Numbered from the stretch's first letter, positions 20,395-30,471 are shown. The stretch is 64,000 nucleotides of DNA from an uncultured virus (IMG/VR IMGVR_UViG_3300035183_001077) (IMGVR_UViG_3300035183_001077), one strand, 5' to 3'. The notes: a model not told the origin generated them from the letters alone. Program-made: numbers and translations.

Positions 20395-20775
20395 ATGCCA
20401 GAAGAAACTAAGAAGAAAAGTAAAAAGAAATGGCTTTATGCTGGTGGTGCTCTTGCCGGATTAGCGACTTTGGGAGCATTGGCGGCGTGGTTGTTGGGAA
20501 GAAAAAAGCCAGAAGAATTACCTGTAGCCCCCATACCAAAAGATTTGCGTACTTTAGCCACAGAACTGGGATTAGGGAACGTTGAAAATTACACTGAAGG
20601 TGAGTTGGGCGAGTACGTTGAATCTGCTTTATACGAAAAATTACAGGATGTACTAAAACAAGAAGGTTTGATTCCTAGTTTGTCATTAGAAGATTATTTG
20701 AAACTACGACCAGGTTCTGACTTTGGTGAACAAATAAGACGAGCTAAAGAACTGGGTTTACAACTCCCTAAATAA
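20395..20775 (+). CDS. poly-Lys + Gly-rich TM protein, probable paralogue of 19811
   Basis: MPEETKKKSKKKWLYAGGALAGLATLGALAAWLL; GAGG RBS. Confidence 0.7.
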   Translation: MPEETKKKSKKKWLYAGGALAGLATLGALAAWLLGRKKPEELPVAPIPKDLRTLATELGLGNVENYTEGELGEYVESALYEKLQDVLKQEGLIPSLSLEDYLKLRPGSDFGEQIRRAKELGLQLPK

Positions 20776-20805
20776 AACCTACCTTCCGAGAAATCGAAAA
20801 TTATA

Positions 20806-21609
20806 ATGCGTCAATCATTCTTTGCCGGTGCTTGTATAGCGCTTGCTGTATTTGCTGGAATTTGTGGCTCTTATGTCTGGGAAAAAAACGCGAATACTTT
20901 TCCTGCTGTTACAGCGCCGGTTCCATCTAATACCAATTCTGATACTACTTCATGGCTTGCTGCTCATTTTGAAAAAGTTCATAATTATATAATTCTTGTT
21001 GGATATAAAAACGATAAAAAAGAATATGTTTGGATTGGAAGTGGTGGAGTGGTTGTTGTTAAAGAAAATAATGTTCCTTCTGCTTATGTATTAACAGCTG
21101 CACATGTTGTCAGGTATATTACGGATGATCTACATAAAGAAGATATTTATATTGGCACTACCACTTTATCTGCCGTTTTCCCAACCAAAGTTGTCTTAGT
21201 TGGCCCTGAAAACGATGAAATGGCTGATTATGCCATTTTACGAATTAAATGCACTACGGCAGATATTGGGATGCATTTTGGTGATAAAGGATTACAACTA
21301 TCAAAGCATGCTCTCCTTGATATAGGTAAAGAAGTTGTTCTGGTTGGAAATATGCTTGCCGATTGTGCTCCTGTTTCTATAAGTTATGGAAGATTATTAC
21401 ATACAACCCCCAAATGGCCACCATATCACGTTTATGCTGATTATGCTTCTCTGCCAGGAACATCAGGTTCTCCAGTTTTTAATAAAGAAGGTAAAGTAAT
21501 TGGTATTCATGTTGCTGCTTTATATAACAGAGTATCCTTATTTGTTGACCTGTATCATGTTAGAAAAGCTGCTGAAGCTGAAGGTTTAGGCTTTTTATGG
21601 AATGAATAA
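20806..21609 (+). CDS. trypsin-like (S1) serine protease with signal/anchor peptide
   Basis: Catalytic triad motifs LTAAHV, DYAIL and PGTSGSPV; hydrophobic N-terminus. Confidence 0.85.
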   Translation: MRQSFFAGACIALAVFAGICGSYVWEKNANTFPAVTAPVPSNTNSDTTSWLAAHFEKVHNYIILVGYKNDKKEYVWIGSGGVVVVKENNVPSAYVLTAAHVVRYITDDLHKEDIYIGTTTLSAVFPTKVVLVGPENDEMADYAILRIKCTTADIGMHFGDKGLQLSKHALLDIGKEVVLVGNMLADCAPVSISYGRLLHTTPKWPPYHVYADYASLPGTSGSPVFNKEGKVIGIHVAALYNRVSLFVDLYHVRKAAEAEGLGFLWNE

Positions 21610-21625
21610 TTTTTTATAATAATAC

Positions 21626-22552
21626 ATGCCAATACCAGTTAATCCTCAACAATTTCAGAATCAGCAGCAACCACCTTCTTCTCCCAATCAGACCGTTGAA
21701 AAAGCGGTTGCTTCACTTATTTTAGCATTATTGAAAAATAAAATTCCCAAATCTATTCAAACTGTTATTGGATTTCATCTGGTAGAATATGATGAAGATA
21801 TTAATGAAGGTTCAGGTTTTGCCGTTATGAAACTGGGAAAACTGACTGGATATGTCCCAGTTATCTTCGATAAAGGCGACGTCAGAGGATTAGATGTACT
21901 CTTTATTAAAGAATTGTTATTATTTGTTCCCAATGATGATGAATGGATAGAATTTCTTGCTAATCAGCAACTGGAATATCATGGCGGCAAACCTGCTGAT
22001 AAGCAAGATGTACAACGATATGCCGTACCTGACCTGACAAGAGCACTAACTTCCCCAGTAAAGCAGGCCAGCTATAAACAGGCAGAAATATATAAAGATT
22101 TTTATAAAAATATAAAATTTGGTGAAAGAGTATTTTCTGCTATTCAAAAGCACTTTTTAACTAAAAAAGCGCATGTTAAAGTTATATTTGAGAAATTAGC
22201 AACGGGATTACCTTCGGGTTTACCAAGACCGTGGAATTTGAATGGAAGTAATGACTTTTTTGCTAAATTATGGAAACTCAGTCCTGATGCTGCTGTTCAG
22301 GTAATGCTTTATTACAAAAGATACCCGTTACTGGAAAAGTATGCTGATATATTTTATGGAAACGACAAAGTATATAATTTATTAAAGAAAGCAGTAAAGC
22401 CTACAGCTCCTGGGACTGGGTATGCGTTGCAGGCGTTATCGGCTGGTGGTGCTGGTGGAATTCCTCCCGCTGCTGAAGAAGAAGAGCCTCCGCCACCGCG
22501 AAGAAGAGGTCGTCGTAAGAAAATGTCTCCTAAGAAGGAAGAGGAAGATTAG
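21626..22552 (+). CDS. hypothetical head-associated protein with multiple K-x-A motifs
   Basis: VKQAS, YKQAE, TKKAH, EKLAT, EKYAD, LKKAV; low-complexity E/P/R C-terminus. Confidence 0.7.
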   Translation: MPIPVNPQQFQNQQQPPSSPNQTVEKAVASLILALLKNKIPKSIQTVIGFHLVEYDEDINEGSGFAVMKLGKLTGYVPVIFDKGDVRGLDVLFIKELLLFVPNDDEWIEFLANQQLEYHGGKPADKQDVQRYAVPDLTRALTSPVKQASYKQAEIYKDFYKNIKFGERVFSAIQKHFLTKKAHVKVIFEKLATGLPSGLPRPWNLNGSNDFFAKLWKLSPDAAVQVMLYYKRYPLLEKYADIFYGNDKVYNLLKKAVKPTAPGTGYALQALSAGGAGGIPPAAEEEEPPPPRRRGRRKKMSPKKEEED

Positions 22553-22554
22553 CC

Positions 22555-23685
22555 GTGCCGGATTTCAGCCGCCTTGTATCTTTAGAACCCAAAGTAAAAG
22601 TAATAGAAGTAAACGAATTATCAGATATTCCAGTAAAAGTTGATGGAGAAGATTTGCATAAAATACTGGAACAAGGATATTTTGTACATGATGAAAGAGA
22701 TGACGATGAAGTTTCGACAATCAGAGTTAAAGCAACTGGTTCTAAAGAGTTCATCAACGTAAGCCAGTCTGGTATTTACTCTGTTTTATTCAATGCTGGT
22801 GATGTCAGAGATGCGATTGTTCTTGTAGATTTTCCGGTTTCTTTGCCTTATTCTGGCAAATACAGAATGTCGTCTTCTCCTGGAATAACTTTCGCATCGC
22901 CTTACGCTTTAGTTATTTTGCTTGAAGGCAAAACTGAAGAAGGTTACAATGCTTTTATTGCTCCTAGACATAAAGTTTATGCGTCTGCCCAATTACTTGG
23001 CGAGGCATTTAATAACATTTATGATAAACTTCCTGATGCTACTAAACTTCTTTCGATTACTCGCATAGGTGATAACGATATTTTTGTGATGATTTCAAAA
23101 TATTTTGCTGGAGATGAGAAACTTACAAGTACTTTCCCGTTCTATATTTTAGATAGAGATAAGAACGACTTTGATTATCATAGAATGCTTGTCAGACCGG
23201 TGTATCAATTTATTGTAGATGAAGTTGAATCAGCTATTCATTCGGAATTTCAGTTACCAGAAAACTTTTCTGCTGGTCATGTAGCCTCGTCTGCTGCGTT
23301 TGAGATTATTTTTGGCAGAACCAGAAAAAGTATCGTGTTTCATCACGACGAACATCGTTTTTATGTACCCCACACAGCGAAATATCTTAAGTTAGATTTA
23401 TCTTTATCTTCAACCCTGCGTGATTTGTATTATCCTGGTGATCCTGTAGAGATGGAAATCGAATTTAAAGCAAAATATAAACCATTGAAGATGATCTGGA
23501 AACAGGCTGATATGGTAGAAATGAATGGGCATCTTAAAAATGCTTTTACAGCTTTCAAAACTTTAGTTGAAAAATATAATTTACGCGAAAAAGATGCTAA
23601 GAAAGCTTTAGCGATAACTAGATTGACTAAACAAGCGGAATTTTACATTTTTGACCCGGACTTAAGATATGTCGATCAAGAATAG
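22555..23685 (+). CDS. hypothetical head-associated protein
   Basis: 376 aa; GTG start with GAGGA RBS; WKQAD and TKQAE near the C-terminus. Confidence 0.7.
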   Translation: MPDFSRLVSLEPKVKVIEVNELSDIPVKVDGEDLHKILEQGYFVHDERDDDEVSTIRVKATGSKEFINVSQSGIYSVLFNAGDVRDAIVLVDFPVSLPYSGKYRMSSSPGITFASPYALVILLEGKTEEGYNAFIAPRHKVYASAQLLGEAFNNIYDKLPDATKLLSITRIGDNDIFVMISKYFAGDEKLTSTFPFYILDRDKNDFDYHRMLVRPVYQFIVDEVESAIHSEFQLPENFSAGHVASSAAFEIIFGRTRKSIVFHHDEHRFYVPHTAKYLKLDLSLSSTLRDLYYPGDPVEMEIEFKAKYKPLKMIWKQADMVEMNGHLKNAFTAFKTLVEKYNLREKDAKKALAITRLTKQAEFYIFDPDLRYVDQE

Positions 23686-24277
23686 ATTTTATAAGAAATC
23701 AGCTCCTGAAGATTATTCTGTTCCTGTTGGTCAATGGCAAGCTCCCGTTACGTCTGATCCGAATAATCCATATTCTGATTATCCTGCCGTACAACAATTT
23801 GAACAGACAATTCCAGCACAAGGAATGCCTGGCGAAGCAGCTCAAACTGATACTTCACAATATTATGTAAATGATAAAATAAATCCTCCCAAAAGCTCAT
23901 TGAAATATGAAAATTCTGGCGGAAATGATGCTCAGAAACCTCAAGAACCAACACTTAAAGAGTTGTTTGAAGCCGACAGTTTGTTACATACTATGGAAAG
24001 ACTGGATATTGATCCGCAGGACGTAATTAAAAAATTCGTTCCTTCGTGGTTGCATTCAATGAGTAATCTTGGTAAACTTATATTAATAATCGAATCCAAT
24101 TATGAAACTTTCATGGAACAATTTGGCGAAGAGATAACTACATCTTTGTTACAGAATCTTAAGAATCTGTTCCTTAAATTTGGAAAGACTGTATTGAGTC
24201 TGCAGCAGAATTTCCCGAAAGAGAATACCAGGGGATTGTTCACATCTGAAGATCTTGAAAGGAGTGTAAATGTATAA
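23669..24277 (+). CDS. hypothetical protein with K-x-A leader
   Basis: MSIKNRFYKKSAP, P/Q-rich linker, helical C-terminal domain. Confidence 0.7.
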   Translation: MSIKNRFYKKSAPEDYSVPVGQWQAPVTSDPNNPYSDYPAVQQFEQTIPAQGMPGEAAQTDTSQYYVNDKINPPKSSLKYENSGGNDAQKPQEPTLKELFEADSLLHTMERLDIDPQDVIKKFVPSWLHSMSNLGKLILIIESNYETFMEQFGEEITTSLLQNLKNLFLKFGKTVLSLQQNFPKENTRGLFTSEDLERSVNV

Positions 24278-24710
24278 GTATCAATTTGTAAAAACGTCAG
24301 CTACTCTGGCGAATACGGACTCAGGTAATCCTGCAAGCCATATTGTTATTCCAGTTTCTGTATATCATGAAGGAATGATCAATAATATAACTCTCAGCCG
24401 TGATGCAACTGTTGATTTTGATTTTTATATTTTCCAATCTTTAGTTGTTCCTGCAAGTGATTTGAATGTTGAACAACTTGGTTCTTTCACTGTAACTCCA
24501 GATAAAGCTGTTTACTGTATTTACAAAGATTCAGTAAACTCGGATTTATATGTTCGTTCCGGCACTTTTCCAATTCATTACAAAAACATTGTCGAAGGTA
24601 AAAATAACGATTATTTCCCAGAACAGAAATTATACCTTGTATTTTATAAATCCACCGCAGTGGCTGTAACTATCAGCGCTGGCATTCTAATTTCGTATGT
24701 TGCACGATAA
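24270..24710 (+). CDS. hypothetical beta-rich protein
   Basis: AGGAG RBS; overlaps both neighbours. Confidence 0.65.
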   Translation: MYKYQFVKTSATLANTDSGNPASHIVIPVSVYHEGMINNITLSRDATVDFDFYIFQSLVVPASDLNVEQLGSFTVTPDKAVYCIYKDSVNSDLYVRSGTFPIHYKNIVEGKNNDYFPEQKLYLVFYKSTAVAVTISAGILISYVAR

Positions 24711-25654
24711 TGCTCTTCCAGAAAAATGAAACAAAATTACTTTTCGCACTAGAAAAGTTAAATGCTGATCATCCCAGACGTCCAGTAGATTGGCGCTGGC
24801 AGTTAGTAAATAAACTTTTTTCACTTCAGAATTCTGATTTAGTGAATTTATATAAACCTCAGAACGATACATGGTTTGATAAAGCATATAGTTTTTATGC
24901 CTTTCTTCCGGAAAATAATCGTAATGCTCAGGATAAGTTAATAAATTTCATAAATTCTACCACCAGAGAAGATAGATTGGCGTACATGATTTATATGGAT
25001 GAAGATGATAATTTATTAAAGCATGCTCTTGAAGCTTACTTATTGACAGACCTTGAATATGCTTTTATAAGTGCTAAACTAAATATTCCACTTGCGACTA
25101 TTGAATTTTATGAAAAGATATTTTTCAATGTAAAAGATAGATTGCATAATATAGTTTGGGTAGTAGATCAGGTATTTGGGACGTCGTTGGTTGTTGGTGT
25201 ACCTTTTGAAAGATATCAGATTTTATGGAAGTTCTATGGATATTTTGGTGGTGTGAATATTCTTGACAAAGTTATCAGTCTTGCTCCAGAAAGATGTGAA
25301 ACGCTTACTGAATTCGTAAAGTCCGAATTACAACAACTTATGTTTTTCAAAGCCGCTATCATGGCCAGAAATATGCGTGCTGACGAAGAATCAATGAAAA
25401 CATTGTTTTCTTCTATTACCAAAATATTAGAGATAGAAACAAAAACTGTACAGACTCAGTCTTTTGAACAATTAGATAGTGATTTAGTTAAGTTCAAACA
25501 GGATTTGACAGAATTATTAGATTTTGCTAAAAATAAAGCCATAACTGTTGTTACGCCTTTACAGAAAGATAATGAACAAATTAGTAACAGAGAAGAATGT
25601 GCACTTCTAAATCTTCCTTCTTTAATAACAGAAGTAACTGAAAATAACAATTAA
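24710..25654 (+). CDS. hypothetical protein, possible central helix-turn-helix
   Basis: 314 aa; EYAFISAKLNIPLATIEFYEK resembles an HTH. Confidence 0.65.
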   Translation: MLFQKNETKLLFALEKLNADHPRRPVDWRWQLVNKLFSLQNSDLVNLYKPQNDTWFDKAYSFYAFLPENNRNAQDKLINFINSTTREDRLAYMIYMDEDDNLLKHALEAYLLTDLEYAFISAKLNIPLATIEFYEKIFFNVKDRLHNIVWVVDQVFGTSLVVGVPFERYQILWKFYGYFGGVNILDKVISLAPERCETLTEFVKSELQQLMFFKAAIMARNMRADEESMKTLFSSITKILEIETKTVQTQSFEQLDSDLVKFKQDLTELLDFAKNKAITVVTPLQKDNEQISNREECALLNLPSLITEVTENNN

Positions 25655-25768
25655 AAAAATCGTGCCAGGCAGGTTGGTGAGGAATAGTGCGTCATGCACA
25701 GCCATTGTTTAGGGAGGTAGTGGGTTTTACCTGCCTGGCACGCAGCAAGAGGAGGTCGCCTTACGGCA
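25653..25768 (-). ncRNA. candidate small RNA with three anti-Shine-Dalgarno motifs
   Basis: Perfect 14-bp inverted repeat (25661-25674 / 25729-25742) followed on the - strand by a U-tract; upstream TTGCTA-N16-TATAAT; GC-rich island in an AT-rich gap. Confidence 0.5.
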
Positions 25769-25773
25769 TTGGA

Positions 25774-25801
25774 ATTATACTCGGCTGGCAACTTTTAGCA
25801 A
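25774..25801 (-). promoter_or_regulatory. putative sigma-70 promoter for the antisense-oriented sRNA
   Basis: TTGCTA-16 nt-TATAAT on the - strand. Confidence 0.45.
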
Positions 25802-25844
25802 CTACCAGTTTTATTTTTTTATTTCAAGTTATTTATAATAATTT

Positions 25845-26132
25845 ATGCCTGACCCCATTAGTAAATTATCTAAGGAAAACCAGGAAATTATTTATAAAGC
25901 CTTAGAAAAGGTCGCTGAAGTTGTAGCTTCCGGCAGACATCCAGAAGACGTAGTTGTAGCTATGTTTAAAAATAATGAAATAAGCCTGCCTCATTTGCCT
26001 TATCTTGTGTATTCTTATAATAATGGTATAGTTGTTAATCAACTTCGTGAAGGAACTAATGTCAAAGAGAAGCTGGCATCAGTACCTATTATTAAATTAG
26101 ACAAAGTATTAAAACGTTGTAAGGTAGTATAA
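25845..26132 (+). CDS. hypothetical protein
   Basis: TATAAT-N5-ATG start; LEKVAE and EKLAS motifs. Confidence 0.65.
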   Translation: MPDPISKLSKENQEIIYKALEKVAEVVASGRHPEDVVVAMFKNNEISLPHLPYLVYSYNNGIVVNQLREGTNVKEKLASVPIIKLDKVLKRCKVV

Positions 26133-26133
26133 A

Positions 26134-28437
26134 ATGCTAAATCCTATAGCACGAGTAGCTCAGCAGTATAAACTAGAAAAAACTAAAGAAGAAAATATTA
26201 CTAAACGCAGGATTTTTGACTTAACAGAAAAATTGGCTTATGCTGTAGCCAGATATTCTAAGGAAAGTCAAGTTAATATCTTGAAAGCTCTTGCTGTTAA
26301 AGAAGGTGAATTAGGAAGTTTTATTGCTAATAGAGTTGCAAAATTATTAAGAATTAATCTTTTTGAAAAAACAGCAGATGTTACTGTTACAATACCGGAG
26401 GAAATTGAAAAGTTTTTTCGTGGAATTAAAAAAATCATTAAAGTAGCTCAAGATGATGATGAAGGCCATGATCGTCCTGTTAAGACGATGGAATCGCCTG
26501 AGTTACGAAAAATTGTTTCTAAATCTATAGAAGCTTCATTAGATCCATTAATTGTCGTTGCTAAATTGAAAGAAATAGCAAAAGCCGATTCATCGTTTGC
26601 AGCGTTGTTTGATCAATACCCGAAAAGAACTTTCAATTCTGCTATGATGCTGTTACAAACTTATCCCTGGCTTATTGATCGGCCTGCATTACTTGCATCA
26701 TTAGTAAAACGTATGACTTCTCATTCCGGTTTGGAACCCAGTGAACTAATTGCGATAGGTCATAAAAGTTTGAAAACTGATCCGTTTATTGAAAGTATTG
26801 TGAAATCGGCAGAAGATCCAAACGGAAATCCAAGTACTGACAGGAAGTTGAAAGTTGAAGTTAAGAAAACTGAAATGCCTGATTGGCTCAAGCCAATTTT
26901 GTCTCATGGTGCTGAGGTGTCGCCGTGGTTGCTTTCCGGTTTAGCTGGCGCTTTTACTAACCCATTTACGGCTACTGCTTTAGGTGCACTAAGCTATGAA
27001 TTAAATAAATATTACGGTCCTGAAAAAAAAGACAGATGGGTATGGCCACAACTAGCTAATCTTTTGCCAATTTGGTACGGCGCGTTATCATTGCGTAACT
27101 TAATAACTCCAATATCAAAGTATATATTACCTGAAAAGTTGCATAGATTATTAGCTGCAACACCAGAGAGCATACCATACGATGTAAGCCTGTCAGGTCT
27201 TAATCTTGAAAAGCTCACTCCTGAATGGCAAAAACCTCCAGATTCAGTGCCTTCGTGGTTTAGAAGAAAAGTTTTATGGCCTTCGGATATTGAGCCTGCA
27301 TTGCAAGTATTGAAGAACAAAAATTTTCTTGAAATGGATTTTCCTGAAAAACCAGCAACAAGTGCACCAGGCCATCAATGGCTTTTTGGAACTGTAGCGG
27401 AAACTTTAAGAAATTATAAAAATGCTTTCCGTGGTGCGATTGACGAATTTAGTGATGGGTACAAACAAAATCTAAGCCAATTATCGCAATTCATTGGGAA
27501 TACACCAAATGATATTCCGTTACGTCTTAAAACATCAATGTATGGAGTGCTTCAAGATTTGACTAGATCTACAGCTTTCAGTTCTAAGCCGACCACAGAA
27601 GGCATGATTTATCGAGTGTATAGAGATACTTTTGATGGTGTTGCTGCAGAAAAACAAGGAATAAGGGTACAGAATTTGCGGCCACAGACTATTAAAGGTT
27701 CGGTTAGTAATTTAATTATTGAAATACCTACTAATAAACCAGACACTATCGAGTTTAAATTACAATTACGTGGAGATAATATCCCTTCGGTTTCCGAAGT
27801 ACTACATAGAGAAGCACAGTTATTTAAAGGAGATGTTTTTGAGAATTATGGTCAAATTAAAAGGGAACACCCTATGCTGGATGCATTGCGTGGGGATATT
27901 CGTACTTTTGAGCGAACGTTGAGATTAGTTGATATGAATAACGAACCTTTACGGCAAGGTCCAGAACTAGAAGCAGCCCGTGAGTTTTTAAATAACATTA
28001 GGCAGCATGCGCTGGGTGATAGTGTTCGTGTCTCCCTAGATCGCTTTCGAGTTCTTGGAGCACTTGAACATCATTATGGCTCAGGCGTGCTTCGTAGTGC
28101 GTTAGATAGGGGAACCTTATCTGTTGGAACATTGATACATCCTAAAAGATTGATGGTTTCTCATCATCCTACTTACGCACGTGCTAGAGCTGCTAAGTCT
28201 GGATTCCTACCGTTGATTATTGCTGCTGGTGCGGGTTTGATAATACCTGGATTAGTGAGCAGCTGGGAAGAAAATAAAAACCGTCCTCTTCCACGAGAAG
28301 AGGGAACACCAGGTATAGATTCAGCATCTAAGGTACCAACAAGTCCTTTGGTAAAACCCGATTCTGGCACAGGCAGCCAACCTGTTAAGTATGACCCAGC
28401 ATCCAGAGTACCAACTAGTCCACTTGCACCGCGGTAG
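26134..28437 (+). CDS. large hypothetical virion-associated protein with K-x-A motifs and hydrophobic segments
   Basis: EKLAY, EKTAD, IKKIIKVAQ, IVKSAE; Gly/Ala-rich TM-like stretches; duplicated ASxVPTSPL at the C-terminus. Confidence 0.7.
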   Translation: MLNPIARVAQQYKLEKTKEENITKRRIFDLTEKLAYAVARYSKESQVNILKALAVKEGELGSFIANRVAKLLRINLFEKTADVTVTIPEEIEKFFRGIKKIIKVAQDDDEGHDRPVKTMESPELRKIVSKSIEASLDPLIVVAKLKEIAKADSSFAALFDQYPKRTFNSAMMLLQTYPWLIDRPALLASLVKRMTSHSGLEPSELIAIGHKSLKTDPFIESIVKSAEDPNGNPSTDRKLKVEVKKTEMPDWLKPILSHGAEVSPWLLSGLAGAFTNPFTATALGALSYELNKYYGPEKKDRWVWPQLANLLPIWYGALSLRNLITPISKYILPEKLHRLLAATPESIPYDVSLSGLNLEKLTPEWQKPPDSVPSWFRRKVLWPSDIEPALQVLKNKNFLEMDFPEKPATSAPGHQWLFGTVAETLRNYKNAFRGAIDEFSDGYKQNLSQLSQFIGNTPNDIPLRLKTSMYGVLQDLTRSTAFSSKPTTEGMIYRVYRDTFDGVAAEKQGIRVQNLRPQTIKGSVSNLIIEIPTNKPDTIEFKLQLRGDNIPSVSEVLHREAQLFKGDVFENYGQIKREHPMLDALRGDIRTFERTLRLVDMNNEPLRQGPELEAAREFLNNIRQHALGDSVRVSLDRFRVLGALEHHYGSGVLRSALDRGTLSVGTLIHPKRLMVSHHPTYARARAAKSGFLPLIIAAGAGLIIPGLVSSWEENKNRPLPREEGTPGIDSASKVPTSPLVKPDSGTGSQPVKYDPASRVPTSPLAPR

Positions 28438-28507
28438 ACCTTTTTCGGTCTGCTAACATAATTCTGAATTCGGAAAACTTTATTGGAGATAACGCAGGGT
28501 AATACAT

Positions 28508-29251
28508 ATGATCAAAATAGTAACATCTTTCGATTACAATTTCAGCGAAAAAATAGGCGAAGTAGTACCAATATCCCGACGTGGTCTCATAGGCTGCGAC
28601 TATAGAAAAGTTGTCAAAAGATCCTGCGAAAAATTGGCATGGAATTTAAGAAATTATAAATTAGAGCCTGGTGAAGTGTTAGTTCATGCTATTGCGTTAG
28701 GTACAACTGAGACGTATGGCCCTAACAGGAATGGGGATGGTTTCCGTCGTTACTGGTGTAAAAAATGCCACGACAGTTTTGTAAAAAATGCTTATTTCTA
28801 TCGTTCCCATGTGAATAAAGACCCGAAAAAATCTTATGGAATAATTAAAAAAAGCTTTTTCAATGAAGAGATGGATAGAATAGAACTATTAATTTCTTTG
28901 AATGGAACTAAGGCTTTAGCTGAAAAACGTGGTGGCTTAGTAGCCGATAAAGAATTAGATAAATTGGAATCTGGCAAAGATTTACCTATTTCTATGGCCT
29001 GTTATGTCGAATATGATGTTTGTTCAAGCTGTAAAAATAAAGCCACATCCAGAGACGAGTATTGTCTTGGTGTGCATGAAGGTGGTTTGTGTAAACATGG
29101 TGGTCTGAAACGCAACATTGGCCGTCCGTGCGATGACGGCCACATATTGCATGCCGACAATCCCAATCCTAAATGGTTTGATATTTCTCATGTATTCAAG
29201 CCTGCCGACAGAACGGCTTATGCTATTTTAATTGAACATAATCTTGGTTAA
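28508..29251 (+). CDS. putative prohead (capsid maturation) protease
   Basis: PNRNGDGF, H in RSHVNK, ISMAC (candidate catalytic Ser), CxxC insert, FDISHV..PAD..A; lies upstream of scaffold and capsid genes. Confidence 0.7.
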   Translation: MIKIVTSFDYNFSEKIGEVVPISRRGLIGCDYRKVVKRSCEKLAWNLRNYKLEPGEVLVHAIALGTTETYGPNRNGDGFRRYWCKKCHDSFVKNAYFYRSHVNKDPKKSYGIIKKSFFNEEMDRIELLISLNGTKALAEKRGGLVADKELDKLESGKDLPISMACYVEYDVCSSCKNKATSRDEYCLGVHEGGLCKHGGLKRNIGRPCDDGHILHADNPNPKWFDISHVFKPADRTAYAILIEHNLG

Positions 29252-29317
29252 ATGTTGAATTTTATAATTTATTTTTAGTATATTATTATGAGCAGGTAAT
29301 ATCTTGAGGGAACAAAT

Positions 29318-30460
29318 ATGGCTAATCAAAATTTAAAGACTTTTCTTGACGACCTGGATGGATTTTTGAAGCGGTTTGTTAAGCAAGGTGCTGATGATGG
29401 TCGTGTAGATGCTAATACAGAAGACGAAGTGCATAACGATACGGAACTGGATATTCCGCGTGATGAAAATTTGGAAGAGTATGAAACCGGCTCTTATGAA
29501 GAAGAGCAGAGTGATACTTTAGATGAGTTTTATCATGGTCATGCCGGTGATGCTCCTGAAAATACTGATAAATCTTTAGACGATGATGCCTATCGTCGTA
29601 CAGAAGATTCGCCAGAAGTTCACGAATCTGGCGAAGGTGATGTTCCGACCAAACGTAAACCAAAAGAACTTCAGGACACAGAAAGTCCGGCTAAAGTTTC
29701 TTCGGCAAAGTTAGCAGAATATATTGATTATCTCAGTGATAAAATAATTAATGTTTTATCAGAAAAGAAGGCTGCAGTTGTTGGCGGGGAGATTTCCCAA
29801 GAAGAGTTGGCTGAAGCAGAAAGCTTAGTAAAACAGGCTTATGCAGATGCAAATCTTGCTCTTGAATATCTTGATACTTTTGAACGGCTTGTGAAAGCTG
29901 CTGAAGAGGTTGCAGAAGAAGCTGCAGAAAAAGAGGAAGAAAAGCCGGAAACAGAAGAAACCCCTGAAGAAGAAGTTGTAGGCGTAGAAAAAAAGAAAAA
30001 AGCTCCGGAAGATGTTGATGTCAGCGGTGATGCAGAAGATTTGCAGCAGTTATTGGAATCTATGTATACAGATACGGGTGAAGGTGCTGAAGGAGCTGGC
30101 GAACTGGATTTGAGTATTGCTGATACTGGTGAAGGAGAAGAAGAGACTCCGCATGCTGAAGAAACACCTCCAGCTGAAGAGGAGGCTCCTTCTCCTGAAA
30201 CTAAACCTGAAGAAGAAGTTAAACAGGCCTCTGTAATCGCCGCATTATTCTCTCAGGCTCTTGATGATCTTGGTGTTTCTACTTACGAACTTCGCAACGC
30301 CAGGGGTATTAATAAACAAGCCGCTGCAGAATTAGCCAACGCTGTTGAGCAATTCCGACGAACCAATCCCAGAAAGATAAAAGTTGGTAGATCGGCTAAA
30401 CTGGCTAGACTGTATTGCCAGTTTACTGATTATATAAAGGAAATTACAAATCGTAGATAA
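29318..30460 (+). CDS. acidic scaffold-like head assembly protein
   Basis: Very E/D-rich and low complexity; many K-x-A motifs; between protease and capsid genes. Confidence 0.6.
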   Translation: MANQNLKTFLDDLDGFLKRFVKQGADDGRVDANTEDEVHNDTELDIPRDENLEEYETGSYEEEQSDTLDEFYHGHAGDAPENTDKSLDDDAYRRTEDSPEVHESGEGDVPTKRKPKELQDTESPAKVSSAKLAEYIDYLSDKIINVLSEKKAAVVGGEISQEELAEAESLVKQAYADANLALEYLDTFERLVKAAEEVAEEAAEKEEEKPETEETPEEEVVGVEKKKKAPEDVDVSGDAEDLQQLLESMYTDTGEGAEGAGELDLSIADTGEGEEETPHAEETPPAEEEAPSPETKPEEEVKQASVIAALFSQALDDLGVSTYELRNARGINKQAAAELANAVEQFRRTNPRKIKVGRSAKLARLYCQFTDYIKEITNRR

Positions 30461-30471
30461 GAGGATAGAAG

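Noticed and set aside
21626..24277. Programmed frameshift or stop readthrough joining three adjacent ORFs
   Set aside because: No clear slippery heptamer; the 22555 gene has its own RBS; frames differ, so readthrough would not join them
25687..25905. 72-aa + strand ORF with an SD-like sequence before GTG
   Set aside because: Runs through the inverted repeat and poly-T tract and overlaps the 25845 gene out of frame; the RNA explanation fits better, though translation is not excluded
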